From positions 1-64,000 of the IMG/VR virus record IMGVR_UViG_3300038424_000251: 64,000 bases of DNA; one strand, 5' to 3'. Below, piece after piece: positions 19,765 to 29,624 of the stretch. The notes under the pieces were generated by a model. That model had not been told where the DNA came from. It did no database searches and was given only the letters and a program-made list of their open reading frames with translations. The number at the start of each line of letters is the position of its first letter. Positions within the stretch are counted from its first letter, which is position 1. Both the position numbers and the translations under genes were made by a program.

Positions 19765-22700
19765 ATGCCAATTACAGAAGGTGGAACATTTAGTCCGGAC
19801 CGAAATATTGTGTCACCCGGAGTTTTCACAAGAGAAAATGACGTGTCAGGTGTAGCAGCAGGAGTTGCTAATATTGGTGGTGCCATTGTAGCCCCGTTTG
19901 CAAAAGGTCCAGCCTATTCGCCTGTAATTTTAACGGATGCAAATACGTTAGCTAATGAATTTGGAAACCCTGATGGAATTTATTATGGTCCATATACTGC
20001 TGCTCAATATTTACAAGAGCAAGGAATTGTAACCATTTGTAGAGTTGGTGGATTGACAGGATATCAGCAAAATTATCCATTTGCTATATGGGCTGTCAAA
20101 GGTCAATATACAAGAAGTAGTTCATTTGGTGCATTAAATAGTGGTAGTTCTTATGTTTATTTTTATGGTAGTGCATCAAATCAATACAGTGAAAGTATTA
20201 GTTGGGCATCACCTACAAGTAAATCCATGACAATTAATACTGCTAGTGTTACCATCACTTTTGTTGGTGGTGCTGCAGATGATATTACTCTTAGCCCAAC
20301 TGCAAATAGTGGTAGTTTGCTATATTATGGACAAACTATTACTTTGGGAACGGCCACTTTAATTAATGCTACGGCTAGTGTTTCACAATCACAATTTTCA
20401 TCGTCAATTGCTGCTGGAACATTTTCAGCATCAATCGTTGGTCCTGTTCCAATCAGTTTTCCAAATGCAAGTTATCAATTTCAAAGTTTAGCTTTGATTA
20501 GTGCTTCATTGAGTGTTAATTTGGGTACTTGTGGATTCCCATTAATTTTACTTAGTGGTGTGATTACTGGTGCTTTTGGTCAATATGTTGGTTTTACTTC
20601 TGCTGGTTCAGCATCGTTTAATCCATGTATCCTACCAAACGGTGCATGGACAAGTCAATCAAATGCTGATATGAGATTACTTGCTGTATTAGCAGATACG
20701 CAAGCAGGTGGTATTCAAAATCTTGTAGCGCCGGGATTCTTGGGTTCCTCATTAAGTTCGACTAACCCAATTACTCCAAGTAATCCTTCAACAACTATAC
20801 CATTGGATTTCAATCTTACTCTCATGAATAGTAACAGTACAACGCCTTACGGAGTGTACCAATTTTCATTGAATAGCGAAGACCCAAGTTATATTATTAA
20901 CGTTTTTGGTAATGACCCAACTGCTGGTAATCCGGTCAAGCAAGTTGCTGGTCAGAAAATTGAAGCGGCTTATTTGTATTCAATTTATGAGGATGTTATT
21001 GCCGATGTGGTAGCTTCAAGTAGTTATTGGGCTATATATGGTTCGGCTCTTCCATCAGGTTCACAAACGGGTCAATCACTTAATTTTACAGACCAATATT
21101 CTCGTAATTTGAATGAAGGTGATAGTGTATTTTCAATTCAAGAAGCAATCACTCCTTGGGTTCTTTCTCAAGCTATTGCTCCTTATCAGAGTGGCTCTGC
21201 TCCACATCGTTATGAATTGTTTAGAATTCATACTATAGCTGATGGAACTTATACCAATACTCAATTCAAAGTTCAAATAAGTAATATTAAGTTAGCAGGC
21301 ACCGTTGCTGGTAGTAATTGGGGTTCATTCACTCTTACACTTCGCAAATATAGTGATACTGATAAGCGTCCTATTATTGTTGAACAATACAACAATTTGA
21401 ATCTTAATCCTGATGATGCTAACTTTATTGCTCGTGTAATTGGTGACATGTATAGTTATATCAATTTTAACGGTAAAGTAATAGAATTTGGAACTTACTC
21501 AAATAATAGTAATAATATTAGGGTAGAAATGTCAACTAACAATTATCCAGTAAGTGCTATTCCTTATGGATTTGAAGCATATATTACACCAACAAATGGA
21601 GAAATGGGTTTCTGGACTCCTAGAATGAAATATACAAAAGCTTCTGTTTATGGATTAAGTCCGGGCAAATATCCATCAGGAATTACTTTCAATGATGCTC
21701 CTACAGGTGCGGATGCTGAATTATTCAATCTATATCCACAGCTTTCGTCAGGCGTCGGCGCTGCTGATGATAATTTACAATATTTTGCTCCGATTCCATC
21801 ATTTGCCTCAAGCGGTGGAAGTTATAGTAGTATTGGAAGAAATACTATATTTGCTTTAGACCTTGATTATGAGTTGTATGGAGTTAGTACAGGTTTTTTC
21901 CTTAGTGGAAGTAATATTGTTCCTACAGTTTATGACCCTGTAAATGAACCAACTTATATTAAAATGAGAAACTTTGTATTTGGGTTCCAAGGTGGATTTG
22001 ATGGTCAAAGCCCATCAATTCCAATTAACGTAGGTGGAGATATTATCGCAGGAAATACTCAAGGGTTGGACTGCACGAATGTAAATTCTGCTGGTTCAAT
22101 TGGCTATGCTCAAGCAATTGCAGCTCTTGGTAATGCTGACCAATATGATATTAATCTTATTGTGACACCGGGTATAGTATATGAAGAACACCCATACGTC
22201 ACTAATTTGGTTGTTGATATGTGTGAAGCTCGTGGTGATTGCTTCTATATTATGGACACGTATGTTGACAGTGGTAATCCATCAACAGGTCAAATTACTC
22301 AGGTTGTATCTTATGCTTCCGAATTTGATACAAACTATGCTGCTACTTATTATCCTTGGATTAAAATCCTTGACACGTATAATAATCTTATAGTCACCGT
22401 TCCACCATCTGTTATATTACCATCAGTTTATGCAGCCAGCGACAAAGTAGCCGCAGAATGGTTTGCACCTGCTGGATTAAATCGTGGTGGTATTTCAATC
22501 GCTACACAAGTAACGGATAGAACTACACACGAAGAACGTGATACCCTATATGAAGGTAAAGTCAATCCGATTGCATCATTTCCGGGTTCAGGTATTGTTG
22601 TATGGGGTCAAAAGACTTTGCAAAACGCGAATACAGCATTGAATAGAATTAATGTTCGCAGGTTATTAATTAATATCAAGAAATTCTTTGCTTCAACAGC

Positions 22701-22962
22701 TAAATATTTGGTATTTGAACAAAATGTAGCTTCTACACGCAACAAATTTTTGAGTATTGTTAATCCATATTTGGAATCAGTTCAACAAAGGTCAGGTCTA
22801 TATGCTTTCTTTGTGAAAATGGATGACGCTAATAATACACCTGATATTATTGATCGAAATATCCTTTATGGGCAAATTTATCTACAACCAACCAAGACGG
22901 CAGAATTTATTGTTCTTGATTTCAATATTTTGCCGACAGGTGCAAGTTTTCCTAACGCTTAA
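19765..22962 (+). CDS. Contractile tail sheath protein
   Basis: VSPGVFTREND, YYPWIKI, WFAPAGLNRG, RDTLYEGKVNPI, WGQKTLQ, RINVRRLL, QPTKTAEFIVLDF. Confidence 0.95.
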   Translation: MPITEGGTFSPDRNIVSPGVFTRENDVSGVAAGVANIGGAIVAPFAKGPAYSPVILTDANTLANEFGNPDGIYYGPYTAAQYLQEQGIVTICRVGGLTGYQQNYPFAIWAVKGQYTRSSSFGALNSGSSYVYFYGSASNQYSESISWASPTSKSMTINTASVTITFVGGAADDITLSPTANSGSLLYYGQTITLGTATLINATASVSQSQFSSSIAAGTFSASIVGPVPISFPNASYQFQSLALISASLSVNLGTCGFPLILLSGVITGAFGQYVGFTSAGSASFNPCILPNGAWTSQSNADMRLLAVLADTQAGGIQNLVAPGFLGSSLSSTNPITPSNPSTTIPLDFNLTLMNSNSTTPYGVYQFSLNSEDPSYIINVFGNDPTAGNPVKQVAGQKIEAAYLYSIYEDVIADVVASSSYWAIYGSALPSGSQTGQSLNFTDQYSRNLNEGDSVFSIQEAITPWVLSQAIAPYQSGSAPHRYELFRIHTIADGTYTNTQFKVQISNIKLAGTVAGSNWGSFTLTLRKYSDTDKRPIIVEQYNNLNLNPDDANFIARVIGDMYSYINFNGKVIEFGTYSNNSNNIRVEMSTNNYPVSAIPYGFEAYITPTNGEMGFWTPRMKYTKASVYGLSPGKYPSGITFNDAPTGADAELFNLYPQLSSGVGAADDNLQYFAPIPSFASSGGSYSSIGRNTIFALDLDYELYGVSTGFFLSGSNIVPTVYDPVNEPTYIKMRNFVFGFQGGFDGQSPSIPINVGGDIIAGNTQGLDCTNVNSAGSIGYAQAIAALGNADQYDINLIVTPGIVYEEHPYVTNLVVDMCEARGDCFYIMDTYVDSGNPSTGQITQVVSYASEFDTNYAATYYPWIKILDTYNNLIVTVPPSVILPSVYAASDKVAAEWFAPAGLNRGGISIATQVTDRTTHEERDTLYEGKVNPIASFPGSGIVVWGQKTLQNANTALNRINVRRLLINIKKFFASTAKYLVFEQNVASTRNKFLSIVNPYLESVQQRSGLYAFFVKMDDANNTPDIIDRNILYGQIYLQPTKTAEFIVLDFNILPTGASFPNA

Positions 22963-22989
22963 AACTAACATACACTGATTAATATACAG

Positions 22990-23022
22990 AAAGCCTCAAT
23001 CCGTAAGGTTTGGGGCTTTTTT
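22990..23022 (+). terminator. Rho-independent terminator after sheath gene
   Basis: AAAGCCTCAATCC-GTAA-GGTTTGGGGCTTT followed by T run. Confidence 0.75.
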
Positions 23023-23050
23023 ACTAAGTAAATGTCTATTTATTATTAAT

Positions 23051-23635
23051 ATGAATCCTGAAACAAATTTACCTAGTTCTAATATTCCAAAAGGGGTGGG
23101 AGGTTTAGATGTTAGAGGCCAAATTATTAGAATGAACGTGAGAGCTGCATCAGCTCTGGTAATGGCTAAAGATACAGGTCGATTATTGCTTGCTTTTCGT
23201 TCCACTTCTGCCCTTGGACATATTAAAGAACAAAAATGGAATCTATGGGGTGGAAAAGTAGATTTAGAGGAAAGTCCAGAAATGAGTGCGGTTAAATGGA
23301 CAAAAAGACAAACGAGTTATACTGGACATTTTACCGATTCAATACCATTATATACATTTTTTAGTACTACTACAAATTTTAGATATTATATTTTTTTATT
23401 AGTGGTAGAAAAAGAATTTACACCAACTATAGAAGAAGGCGGTTCAATATTGAATTATAAATGGGTAGAATATGGTGAATGGCCTGAACTTTTGCATCCT
23501 ATAGTTAAAGAATTATTTATTAAAGTAAGTTCTAAGTTAAAAGGAATAATAGAAAAAATCATTATCAAAGAAAGTTTAGCAAAAGAATATATTACAATTA
23601 AGCTTAAAGAATTAATAAAAGAATTGTGGCAATAG
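23051..23635 (+). CDS. Nudix-fold protein with degenerate Nudix box
   Basis: GRLLLAFRS...WNLWGGKVDLEESPEMSA, but KWTKRQ replaces REUxEE; the leader-like motif IKLKELIKE is at the C-terminus. Confidence 0.65.
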   Translation: MNPETNLPSSNIPKGVGGLDVRGQIIRMNVRAASALVMAKDTGRLLLAFRSTSALGHIKEQKWNLWGGKVDLEESPEMSAVKWTKRQTSYTGHFTDSIPLYTFFSTTTNFRYYIFLLVVEKEFTPTIEEGGSILNYKWVEYGEWPELLHPIVKELFIKVSSKLKGIIEKIIIKESLAKEYITIKLKELIKELWQ

Positions 23636-23639
23636 TGGT

Positions 23640-23972
23640 ATGATTAAGTTAAAAGACATGATACCTAAAAAGTATTTTTATCATATTACACCAAGGAAAA
23701 ATATTCCAAATATGAAAATACATGGTATAGTTCCCAAACCAGATAATCCTGCTCCTTTTTGTGATAAAGTAGTTTGTTTATTTGATAATAGGACATCAAT
23801 AGAAACTGCATTTACGAGTTGGTTGTTAGGTAAATTTAATAAAAATGAGCCAATGGTTCTTTTAACTATAGACCCTACGGGGTTAGACATACATTCATCT
23901 GAAATAGCATATGAATTTAGAGTTTTTAAACCCATACCTTGGAAAAATGTTGTAAAAGTTGAAAATATATGA
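23640..23972 (+). CDS. Leader + ADP-ribosyltransferase-like fold
   Basis: MIKLKDMIP; FYHITPRKNI.NM..HGI.P, VCLF, LLTID, YEFRV..PIP pattern of small ART/Tpt1-like domains. Confidence 0.55.
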   Translation: MIKLKDMIPKKYFYHITPRKNIPNMKIHGIVPKPDNPAPFCDKVVCLFDNRTSIETAFTSWLLGKFNKNEPMVLLTIDPTGLDIHSSEIAYEFRVFKPIPWKNVVKVENI

Positions 23973-24880
23973 TTAAACTAAAAAACATTTTAACTGAAGT
24001 AGCTGCAGATAGGTCATGGAATTCTCAATTATGGAACTCTGATTTATGGCAATCAAATTTATGGAACTCTGATATATGGAAATCTCATATATGGAACACA
24101 GATTTGTGGAAATCTGATTTATGGAAGTCTGATATATGGAATCCTAGTTCAACTACTACTGCTGCTACATCAAAAGAACTGACTGAAATTGAACAACATA
24201 AACCTAATGAAGTAGAAGCTTTGCCGGGTATTTTTGTGGACCCTTCAATTATAAAACATATTCAAATATTAAATAAACTTGGATTTCACACAGTTTTTTC
24301 TTGTTCTGGAATTTCATATGACCATCCCAATTTGAAGGCTGGTTCTCGTAGTGGTTATGTAATGTTTAGACATGGTTTAACTCCTAATCAAATAACGAGA
24401 ATATACAAAGCTACACTTGGTATAAAGGGGGTAAATTATGATCCGATTCATCTTAGGTCAGTTCCTTATGTTAGTTTTAGGGGTAGTGATTCTGAAAGAT
24501 TGAATGGTTGGAACCAATTTGTGAAGAATTTAATGAAGCGTAGAGTATATTATAAAAAATTAGGTAAAATCAAGGAATCAGAAGAAAAACATTCACGTAA
24601 AGGGAAATGTTATGAGCTTACCGGTAGATATGTTTCTACTCACCCCGATTCCATTCTTGTTCATGGTAAATTAGTAAATCCGTTTGTGAAAGGATTACCA
24701 GAAATAGAGCATGCATGGGTGGAAATTGGTGATAAAATTTTTGACCCCATAATGGATATAACTTGGCCAAAACAAGCATATGAGTCTTTATTTCATGCTA
24801 AACCATATAAAAAATATACTCAGGAGGAAGTTCTTAAAATTACTCTTAGAACAGAGCATTGGGGGCCTTGGGATGTATGA
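23969..24880 (+). CDS. Multidomain: leader + W-pentapeptide repeat + SCSG domain + Cys-His-Asp (transglutaminase-like) domain
   Basis: MIKLKNILTE; (LWxSD) repeats; VDPSI..IQILNKLGFHTVFSCSG; GKCYE...HAWVE...IFDP. Confidence 0.55.
   Translation: MIKLKNILTEVAADRSWNSQLWNSDLWQSNLWNSDIWKSHIWNTDLWKSDLWKSDIWNPSSTTTAATSKELTEIEQHKPNEVEALPGIFVDPSIIKHIQILNKLGFHTVFSCSGISYDHPNLKAGSRSGYVMFRHGLTPNQITRIYKATLGIKGVNYDPIHLRSVPYVSFRGSDSERLNGWNQFVKNLMKRRVYYKKLGKIKESEEKHSRKGKCYELTGRYVSTHPDSILVHGKLVNPFVKGLPEIEHAWVEIGDKIFDPIMDITWPKQAYESLFHAKPYKKYTQEEVLKITLRTEHWGPWDV
24014..24142 (+). repeat. In-frame 15-bp tandem repeat (~9 units, consensus ttatggaa(c/a)tctgat)
   Basis: Directly visible; encodes SWNSQ-LWNSD-LWQSN-LWNSD-IWKSH-IWNTD-LWKSD-LWKSD-IWN. 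Confidence 0.9.
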
Positions 24881-25497
24881 GAAAATTTGTAAAAGAAGTC
24901 ACAAATGTATCAGGTCAAACGCTTATAAATGTTGATATTCAACCAGAATATAAATCATCATTTTCTTTTTCTCTTGAAAAATGGATTGATTTTTTAAATA
25001 AAAATTATGATAATGTAAATAATATAGTTTTTCTTTATAATGGAAAAGAAACGTTAGGAATGATTGGTGAGACGGATTACAAAATGTGGTTATTTGAAAA
25101 CGGATTAAATGATGATGTTTTAGATGGTTCTACATTTTATGATAAAGGATATGCTTTTTTTAGATACTGCATGGATAACTATATTGATGAAGATGATATT
25201 GTTGATTTTGTTAAATTCATGGTTAGAAATAACATTAATGATAGTCGTGATATGACAAAAGAATTGTGGAAGGAATATGCAAAAGGACAACATCATCCGT
25301 GGACGAAAGAAGAATTAATCGCTTTATTGAATGGAGCAGATGATATGATTAATATTCCTGATTTAATGGATTTTCTGAAACATTATAATGGAATTGTTCT
25401 TACCGGTGGAAGTATCAATGAGTGTTTAAAAGAAGTAGAAATTTCCCTAAAAGCATTGGAAAAAAATTATACTGTATTGTCTGAATTTACTTATTAA
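24877..25497 (+). CDS. Isochorismatase/cysteine-hydrolase-like protein
   Basis: TLINVDIQPEY, IVLTGG..NECL; ATGA overlap with upstream stop; MRKFVKE start. Confidence 0.5.
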   Translation: MRKFVKEVTNVSGQTLINVDIQPEYKSSFSFSLEKWIDFLNKNYDNVNNIVFLYNGKETLGMIGETDYKMWLFENGLNDDVLDGSTFYDKGYAFFRYCMDNYIDEDDIVDFVKFMVRNNINDSRDMTKELWKEYAKGQHHPWTKEELIALLNGADDMINIPDLMDFLKHYNGIVLTGGSINECLKEVEISLKALEKNYTVLSEFTY

Positions 25498-25626
25498 GTC
25501 TCCTTATAAATTTATTTCAAAACATCCTTTTCAAAGTATTATTATTGCCTAATTTTTGGATCTCTTGTACACTATTATAGTTATTTATAGTACATTTTTA
25601 AATTGTACTTTAATAAAAGCAGTACA

Positions 25627-25655
25627 AGTATGTGCTTAATATAATGACTTGTCAA
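25627..25655 (-). promoter_or_regulatory. Sigma70-type promoter pointing antisense
   Basis: Minus strand TTGACA (25655-25650), 17 nt, CATACT (25632-25627). Confidence 0.45.
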
Positions 25656-25682
25656 GTTATTTTAATTTATATTTATATTAAT

Positions 25683-26189
25683 ATGGAAGATACGAATTAT
25701 AGAAGAACTGTATATTGTGATATGGATGGAGTATTATCTGACTTTGGGGGTGGTTTTTACAAGCTCACGAATATTCGCCCAGAAAATGTTTCAGACCCAG
25801 AAATGTGGGCCAGAATAGATGCTTATGGAAAAGCTAGATTCTTTTCAGAGTTGGAATGGATGGCTGGTGGTAAAGAGTTATGGAACTTCATCACAAATAA
25901 TTTTCTTAAAGCAAAAATTCTAAGTGCATTAGGAAAATCAGATAAAATAGATAAACAAACTACACAAGGAAAATTGATGTGGATTCGCCACAATATTCCA
26001 TCATTACAATTGGATGATATAATTTTGGTTGATAATAAGCATAAAAAACGCCACTATTCCAAATCGGGCGACATAATTATAGATGATACATTAATAGTGA
26101 TACAGGAATGGATTAAGAAAGATGGTATTGGCATTCTTCATAAAACCGCTTCTGATACTATTTCTCAATTAAAACAATATTTATTATGA
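25683..26189 (+). CDS. HAD-family 5'(3')-deoxyribonucleotidase-like protein
   Basis: YCDMDGVLSDF, KILSA, K..W, IIIDD motifs. Confidence 0.8.
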   Translation: MEDTNYRRTVYCDMDGVLSDFGGGFYKLTNIRPENVSDPEMWARIDAYGKARFFSELEWMAGGKELWNFITNNFLKAKILSALGKSDKIDKQTTQGKLMWIRHNIPSLQLDDIILVDNKHKKRHYSKSGDIIIDDTLIVIQEWIKKDGIGILHKTASDTISQLKQYLL

Positions 26190-26833
26190 GCATGAAATTA
26201 GAACAGCAAAGAGAACCACTAGAGAAAAGGTGGAGAAACTACTTTGTTAATGTAGAAAAAGAAAAACAGTCTAGGCAGCCCAGTCAATCTAGACAAGTTG
26301 GAACTAAAATTGTTCAACCATCTCCCGAAATAGCAAAAAAGATTATTAAACAAATATGGCAAGCTATATTCCAAAAAAGTAGAGAACGTGGTGGTGAGGA
26401 AGACCCAGACCAATTAAAATTGCCTTTGACAATGCTTGAACCAAAGCGTGGTGAGTTAAAGAAAATACAGCCATATGTATCGGGATTGACATCTAAACAG
26501 CGACGTAAAAAATATCTTGCAGATTTTGGAAGAAAACCGTTTTACATAGATATAAGAAAATGGTTAGATGATAATTTTACAGGAGATGTTTATACTGGTC
26601 CTGATTTAGTTAAATGGGGGTTTTGCTTAGCAGACCAAAGTAATCTTCCTATCCAAAGAATAAAACCTTGGGAACGAGTCAAATATCCTTGGATATTTCA
26701 AGATACTTTGGAGAGCACTATGAGGTCATGGAATTATTCTATGGCAAGAAAACTTGGTCTGGTAGACCCTACAATGACAAATAAAGAGATAGCAAAAGCT
26801 GAAAAAGAGCGGCAGCAAAGACCCGTATATTAA
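26186..26833 (+). CDS. Hypothetical protein
   Basis: ORF overlapping the upstream stop; no family recognised. Confidence 0.55.
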   Translation: MSMKLEQQREPLEKRWRNYFVNVEKEKQSRQPSQSRQVGTKIVQPSPEIAKKIIKQIWQAIFQKSRERGGEEDPDQLKLPLTMLEPKRGELKKIQPYVSGLTSKQRRKKYLADFGRKPFYIDIRKWLDDNFTGDVYTGPDLVKWGFCLADQSNLPIQRIKPWERVKYPWIFQDTLESTMRSWNYSMARKLGLVDPTMTNKEIAKAEKERQQRPVY

Positions 26834-26857
26834 ACCCATCATTAGCTAGCATAATTT

Positions 26858-27976
26858 ATGAAAATATCCAAAATTAAAGAAATAATTGATGAAGTTATAT
26901 CTGAAGAAATGGGGGAGGGATTTGGTTATGTCTATGCGAAAGACAGAGCTAAAGACCCAAAATCCATTCCCGGAGAACACTGGCGAATTAAATTTCAAAG
27001 CGCTCACGATTTAAAGAAACATGGTAATACGGAAAAATCAAAAGTGTCAGAAATTATCTATGAAATTCCTCGAAAGATTGGAATAAATGCAATGGGTGAC
27101 GAAATAGGTAGAACTTCCACTGACGAAGGAGAACTCAGGAATATGATTGGTAATATGAAACCCGGCCAATCTATTCTTTTTCATGGTAAAGAAGGTATAA
27201 AAGGACCTTTAATTTATATTGTTAAACGTGAGGGTATTGGATATGAAGTTGAGAATCATAGAAAACAAAAGCAAGAAATCACCAATGCTGACCAACTCGA
27301 TTTAATTATCAGTGGTATTGCAAAACAAGCAAACATTTTATTTAGATTTTGGAAACAAAATAAACCATCCACATATTCAGCTCCGAAATTACCAGTTGTA
27401 TCTAAAGAACAAATTAGGGAAATAATTAAAGAATTGATTGATGAAATGTGGATTGCATGGGAAGAAGATAAAAATGACAACAAAGATATAACAGAAAGTA
27501 AATATATGAATAATAAAAAAGAATTCTTAAGAGATATAATTCGTGAAGCTATTCAAGAAGTAGAATTTGAAGATGCTCCTGATGAAAAATATCAAGAAGA
27601 ACAAGAAATACTGTCTATGAAGAGAATACAATCATATGCTCATTGGATAAAAGAAAATCTTAAAGATGCTGCTAGTGAAATTGGTGGAGTAATTCAGAAA
27701 ATAGTAACCGAAATTGATGGTCTTGTTTCGGCTCATGAAAAAGGGAAGGAAATTTCACCAGTCAATGTTCACGAAGTAGCTCCTCCGGGGTGGGAAGGAA
27801 CAGTAAAAGCTATGAAGAAACATTCTGTTGGTGGGGCTAAAAGGTGGGCTCCAAAAAAGAAAAAAGAAGAAACCGTGGATGTGGAAGAAGCCAAAAAGAA
27901 GAAAAAGATTACTAATCCATATAAATTAGCATGGTGGATGAAAGGTAAAGGTTATAAATCACATAAACAAGATTAA
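26858..27976 (+). CDS. Modular protein with three KEIIxE-type motifs (putative internal head polyprotein)
   Basis: MKISKIKEIIDEVISE, IREIIKELIDE, LRDIIREAIQE; C-terminal VAPPGWEGTVKAMKKH...NPYKLAWWMK. Confidence 0.55.
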   Translation: MKISKIKEIIDEVISEEMGEGFGYVYAKDRAKDPKSIPGEHWRIKFQSAHDLKKHGNTEKSKVSEIIYEIPRKIGINAMGDEIGRTSTDEGELRNMIGNMKPGQSILFHGKEGIKGPLIYIVKREGIGYEVENHRKQKQEITNADQLDLIISGIAKQANILFRFWKQNKPSTYSAPKLPVVSKEQIREIIKELIDEMWIAWEEDKNDNKDITESKYMNNKKEFLRDIIREAIQEVEFEDAPDEKYQEEQEILSMKRIQSYAHWIKENLKDAASEIGGVIQKIVTEIDGLVSAHEKGKEISPVNVHEVAPPGWEGTVKAMKKHSVGGAKRWAPKKKKEETVDVEEAKKKKKITNPYKLAWWMKGKGYKSHKQD

Positions 27977-29086
27977 GTGAAATTTCGTGTTTACAATAAA
28001 ATATTGGACCCGAACTTATGGAAAGGCAAAAAGCTTAAACCTGAAGTTAGAGAATCACTGTTGAAAGTTGCCGAAGATTTTTATAACTCCACAGATTTAA
28101 AAGGTGAAATTCATAACATATTGTTATTAGGTTCATCAGCTAATTATAATTGGACCCCCGTAAGTGATATAGATGTGCACGTTGTCATAGATATTGCTGA
28201 AGAAAAAATCAACGAAGAATATGCTCGGAAATTCATGGATGGATTAGCATTCAAGTGGAATACCGAACATGATATTGAAGTAAAAGGTCATCCTGTTGAA
28301 ATGTATATTCAGGACATAAGAGAACCAAACAGTTCTCCACAACAAGCAAGACCGGGAGCTTCAATTTATTCATTATATGATGGTAAATGGTTGTTAGAGC
28401 CAAATCCACAAAATATCAAATTGGATTCTGATAAAATTCGTAAGAAATTTCAACTTATAAATAAGAAAATTGAAACTCTAATTCAAACTGAAAATATTGA
28501 ACAATTAAAATCGTTGATGAAATCTATAAGAAATTATCGTAATGCTGGATTAGCAAAAAGTGGAGAATTCAGTGTTGAAAATATTGTATTTAAAGCTCTA
28601 CGACATAGTGGCGACCTTAAAAAAATGAAGGATACCATCAATACTATATATGATAGAAAAACAAGTTTACCTGAAATGGGCAATATTATCCCCAACAAGA
28701 AAACACCATCAAACAATTTAAACGAACAAAAAATAGATAAACCATTTATTGTTGTTGGTGTAGCTTTTGGGGATTTAAGTGTGAAAAGTGATATAAGTTA
28801 TGAGGTTGGGTCTGTATCTCACCCTGATATAGATGATGAACGGGGTGATATCAAATGGAGATATAAATCAAATACTAACACAATATATTGGTCAACTTAT
28901 AGATTAGAACCGACAAGGGACCAAAGAGCAGAAGTTATAGCTCATCTTCGTAATAAATACAATGTGATTAATCCAAAGGAAACAATTGACCCCGACAAGT
29001 ATTTTTTTGATGCTCATACTATAGATGAATGGATTGATTCTTTTTCGTTTGATTCTTTTCTGTTAAAAAAGTGTGAAAAATCATAA
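27977..29086 (+). CDS. Pol-beta-superfamily nucleotidyltransferase + shared C-terminal domain
   Basis: LLGSSANYNWTPVSDIDVHVV, VEMYIQD, GEFSVENIVFKALR; appended module after NLNE. Confidence 0.7.
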   Translation: MKFRVYNKILDPNLWKGKKLKPEVRESLLKVAEDFYNSTDLKGEIHNILLLGSSANYNWTPVSDIDVHVVIDIAEEKINEEYARKFMDGLAFKWNTEHDIEVKGHPVEMYIQDIREPNSSPQQARPGASIYSLYDGKWLLEPNPQNIKLDSDKIRKKFQLINKKIETLIQTENIEQLKSLMKSIRNYRNAGLAKSGEFSVENIVFKALRHSGDLKKMKDTINTIYDRKTSLPEMGNIIPNKKTPSNNLNEQKIDKPFIVVGVAFGDLSVKSDISYEVGSVSHPDIDDERGDIKWRYKSNTNTIYWSTYRLEPTRDQRAEVIAHLRNKYNVINPKETIDPDKYFFDAHTIDEWIDSFSFDSFLLKKCEKS

Positions 29087-29132
29087 TTTGATACTATTTA
29101 TATTCAACATCACAACATAAGGATGATTTTTT

Positions 29133-29624
29133 ATGGCAGACTTACTAAATTCAAATGAGATTTTTTGGACAGCTTATGAACCAAAAACTCAGAATCGTTT
29201 TATTTTGTATATTGATGGTATTCCATCTTTTTTACTAAGAAAGACAGATAGACCACACATCGTACAAGAACGCAAAGCATTAGACCACATCAACCTTCAG
29301 AGATATTACAAGGGTAAATCTATTTGGCAGGAAGTTACGATGGAATTGTATGATGCAATCGTTCCTTCTGGTGCACAAGCAGTTATGGAATGGATTCGTT
29401 TGTCTCACGAATCTGTAACAGGTCGTGATGGTTATCAAGATTTCTATAAGAAAAATATTACCGTAAACGTCCTTGGTCCTGTAGGTGACAAGGTGGAAGA
29501 ATGGACGATGGTTGGTGCTTGGGTTTCTGATGGCAATTTTCAAGCAGTTGATTGGACTAATACGGGTGACCCATTATCAATTACTATTACAGTTAGTTAC
29601 GATTACGCTATTTTACAGTATTAA
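29133..29624 (+). CDS. Tail tube protein (T4 gp19-like)
   Basis: EPKTQNRF, W.EVTMELYD, AQAVMEW, YKKNI, GPVGDKVEEW...GAW, YDYA. Confidence 0.85.
   Translation: MADLLNSNEIFWTAYEPKTQNRFILYIDGIPSFLLRKTDRPHIVQERKALDHINLQRYYKGKSIWQEVTMELYDAIVPSGAQAVMEWIRLSHESVTGRDGYQDFYKKNITVNVLGPVGDKVEEWTMVGAWVSDGNFQAVDWTNTGDPLSITITVSYDYAILQY

Noticed and set aside
24014-24142. Regular short repeats as a possible CRISPR array
   Set aside because: The 15-bp units are contiguous with no spacers and lie in frame within a CDS.
27974-27979. TAA immediately followed by in-frame GTG, as possible read-through fusing 26858.. with the nucleotidyltransferase
   Set aside because: TAA is a strong stop and translational coupling explains the arrangement; there is no further evidence.
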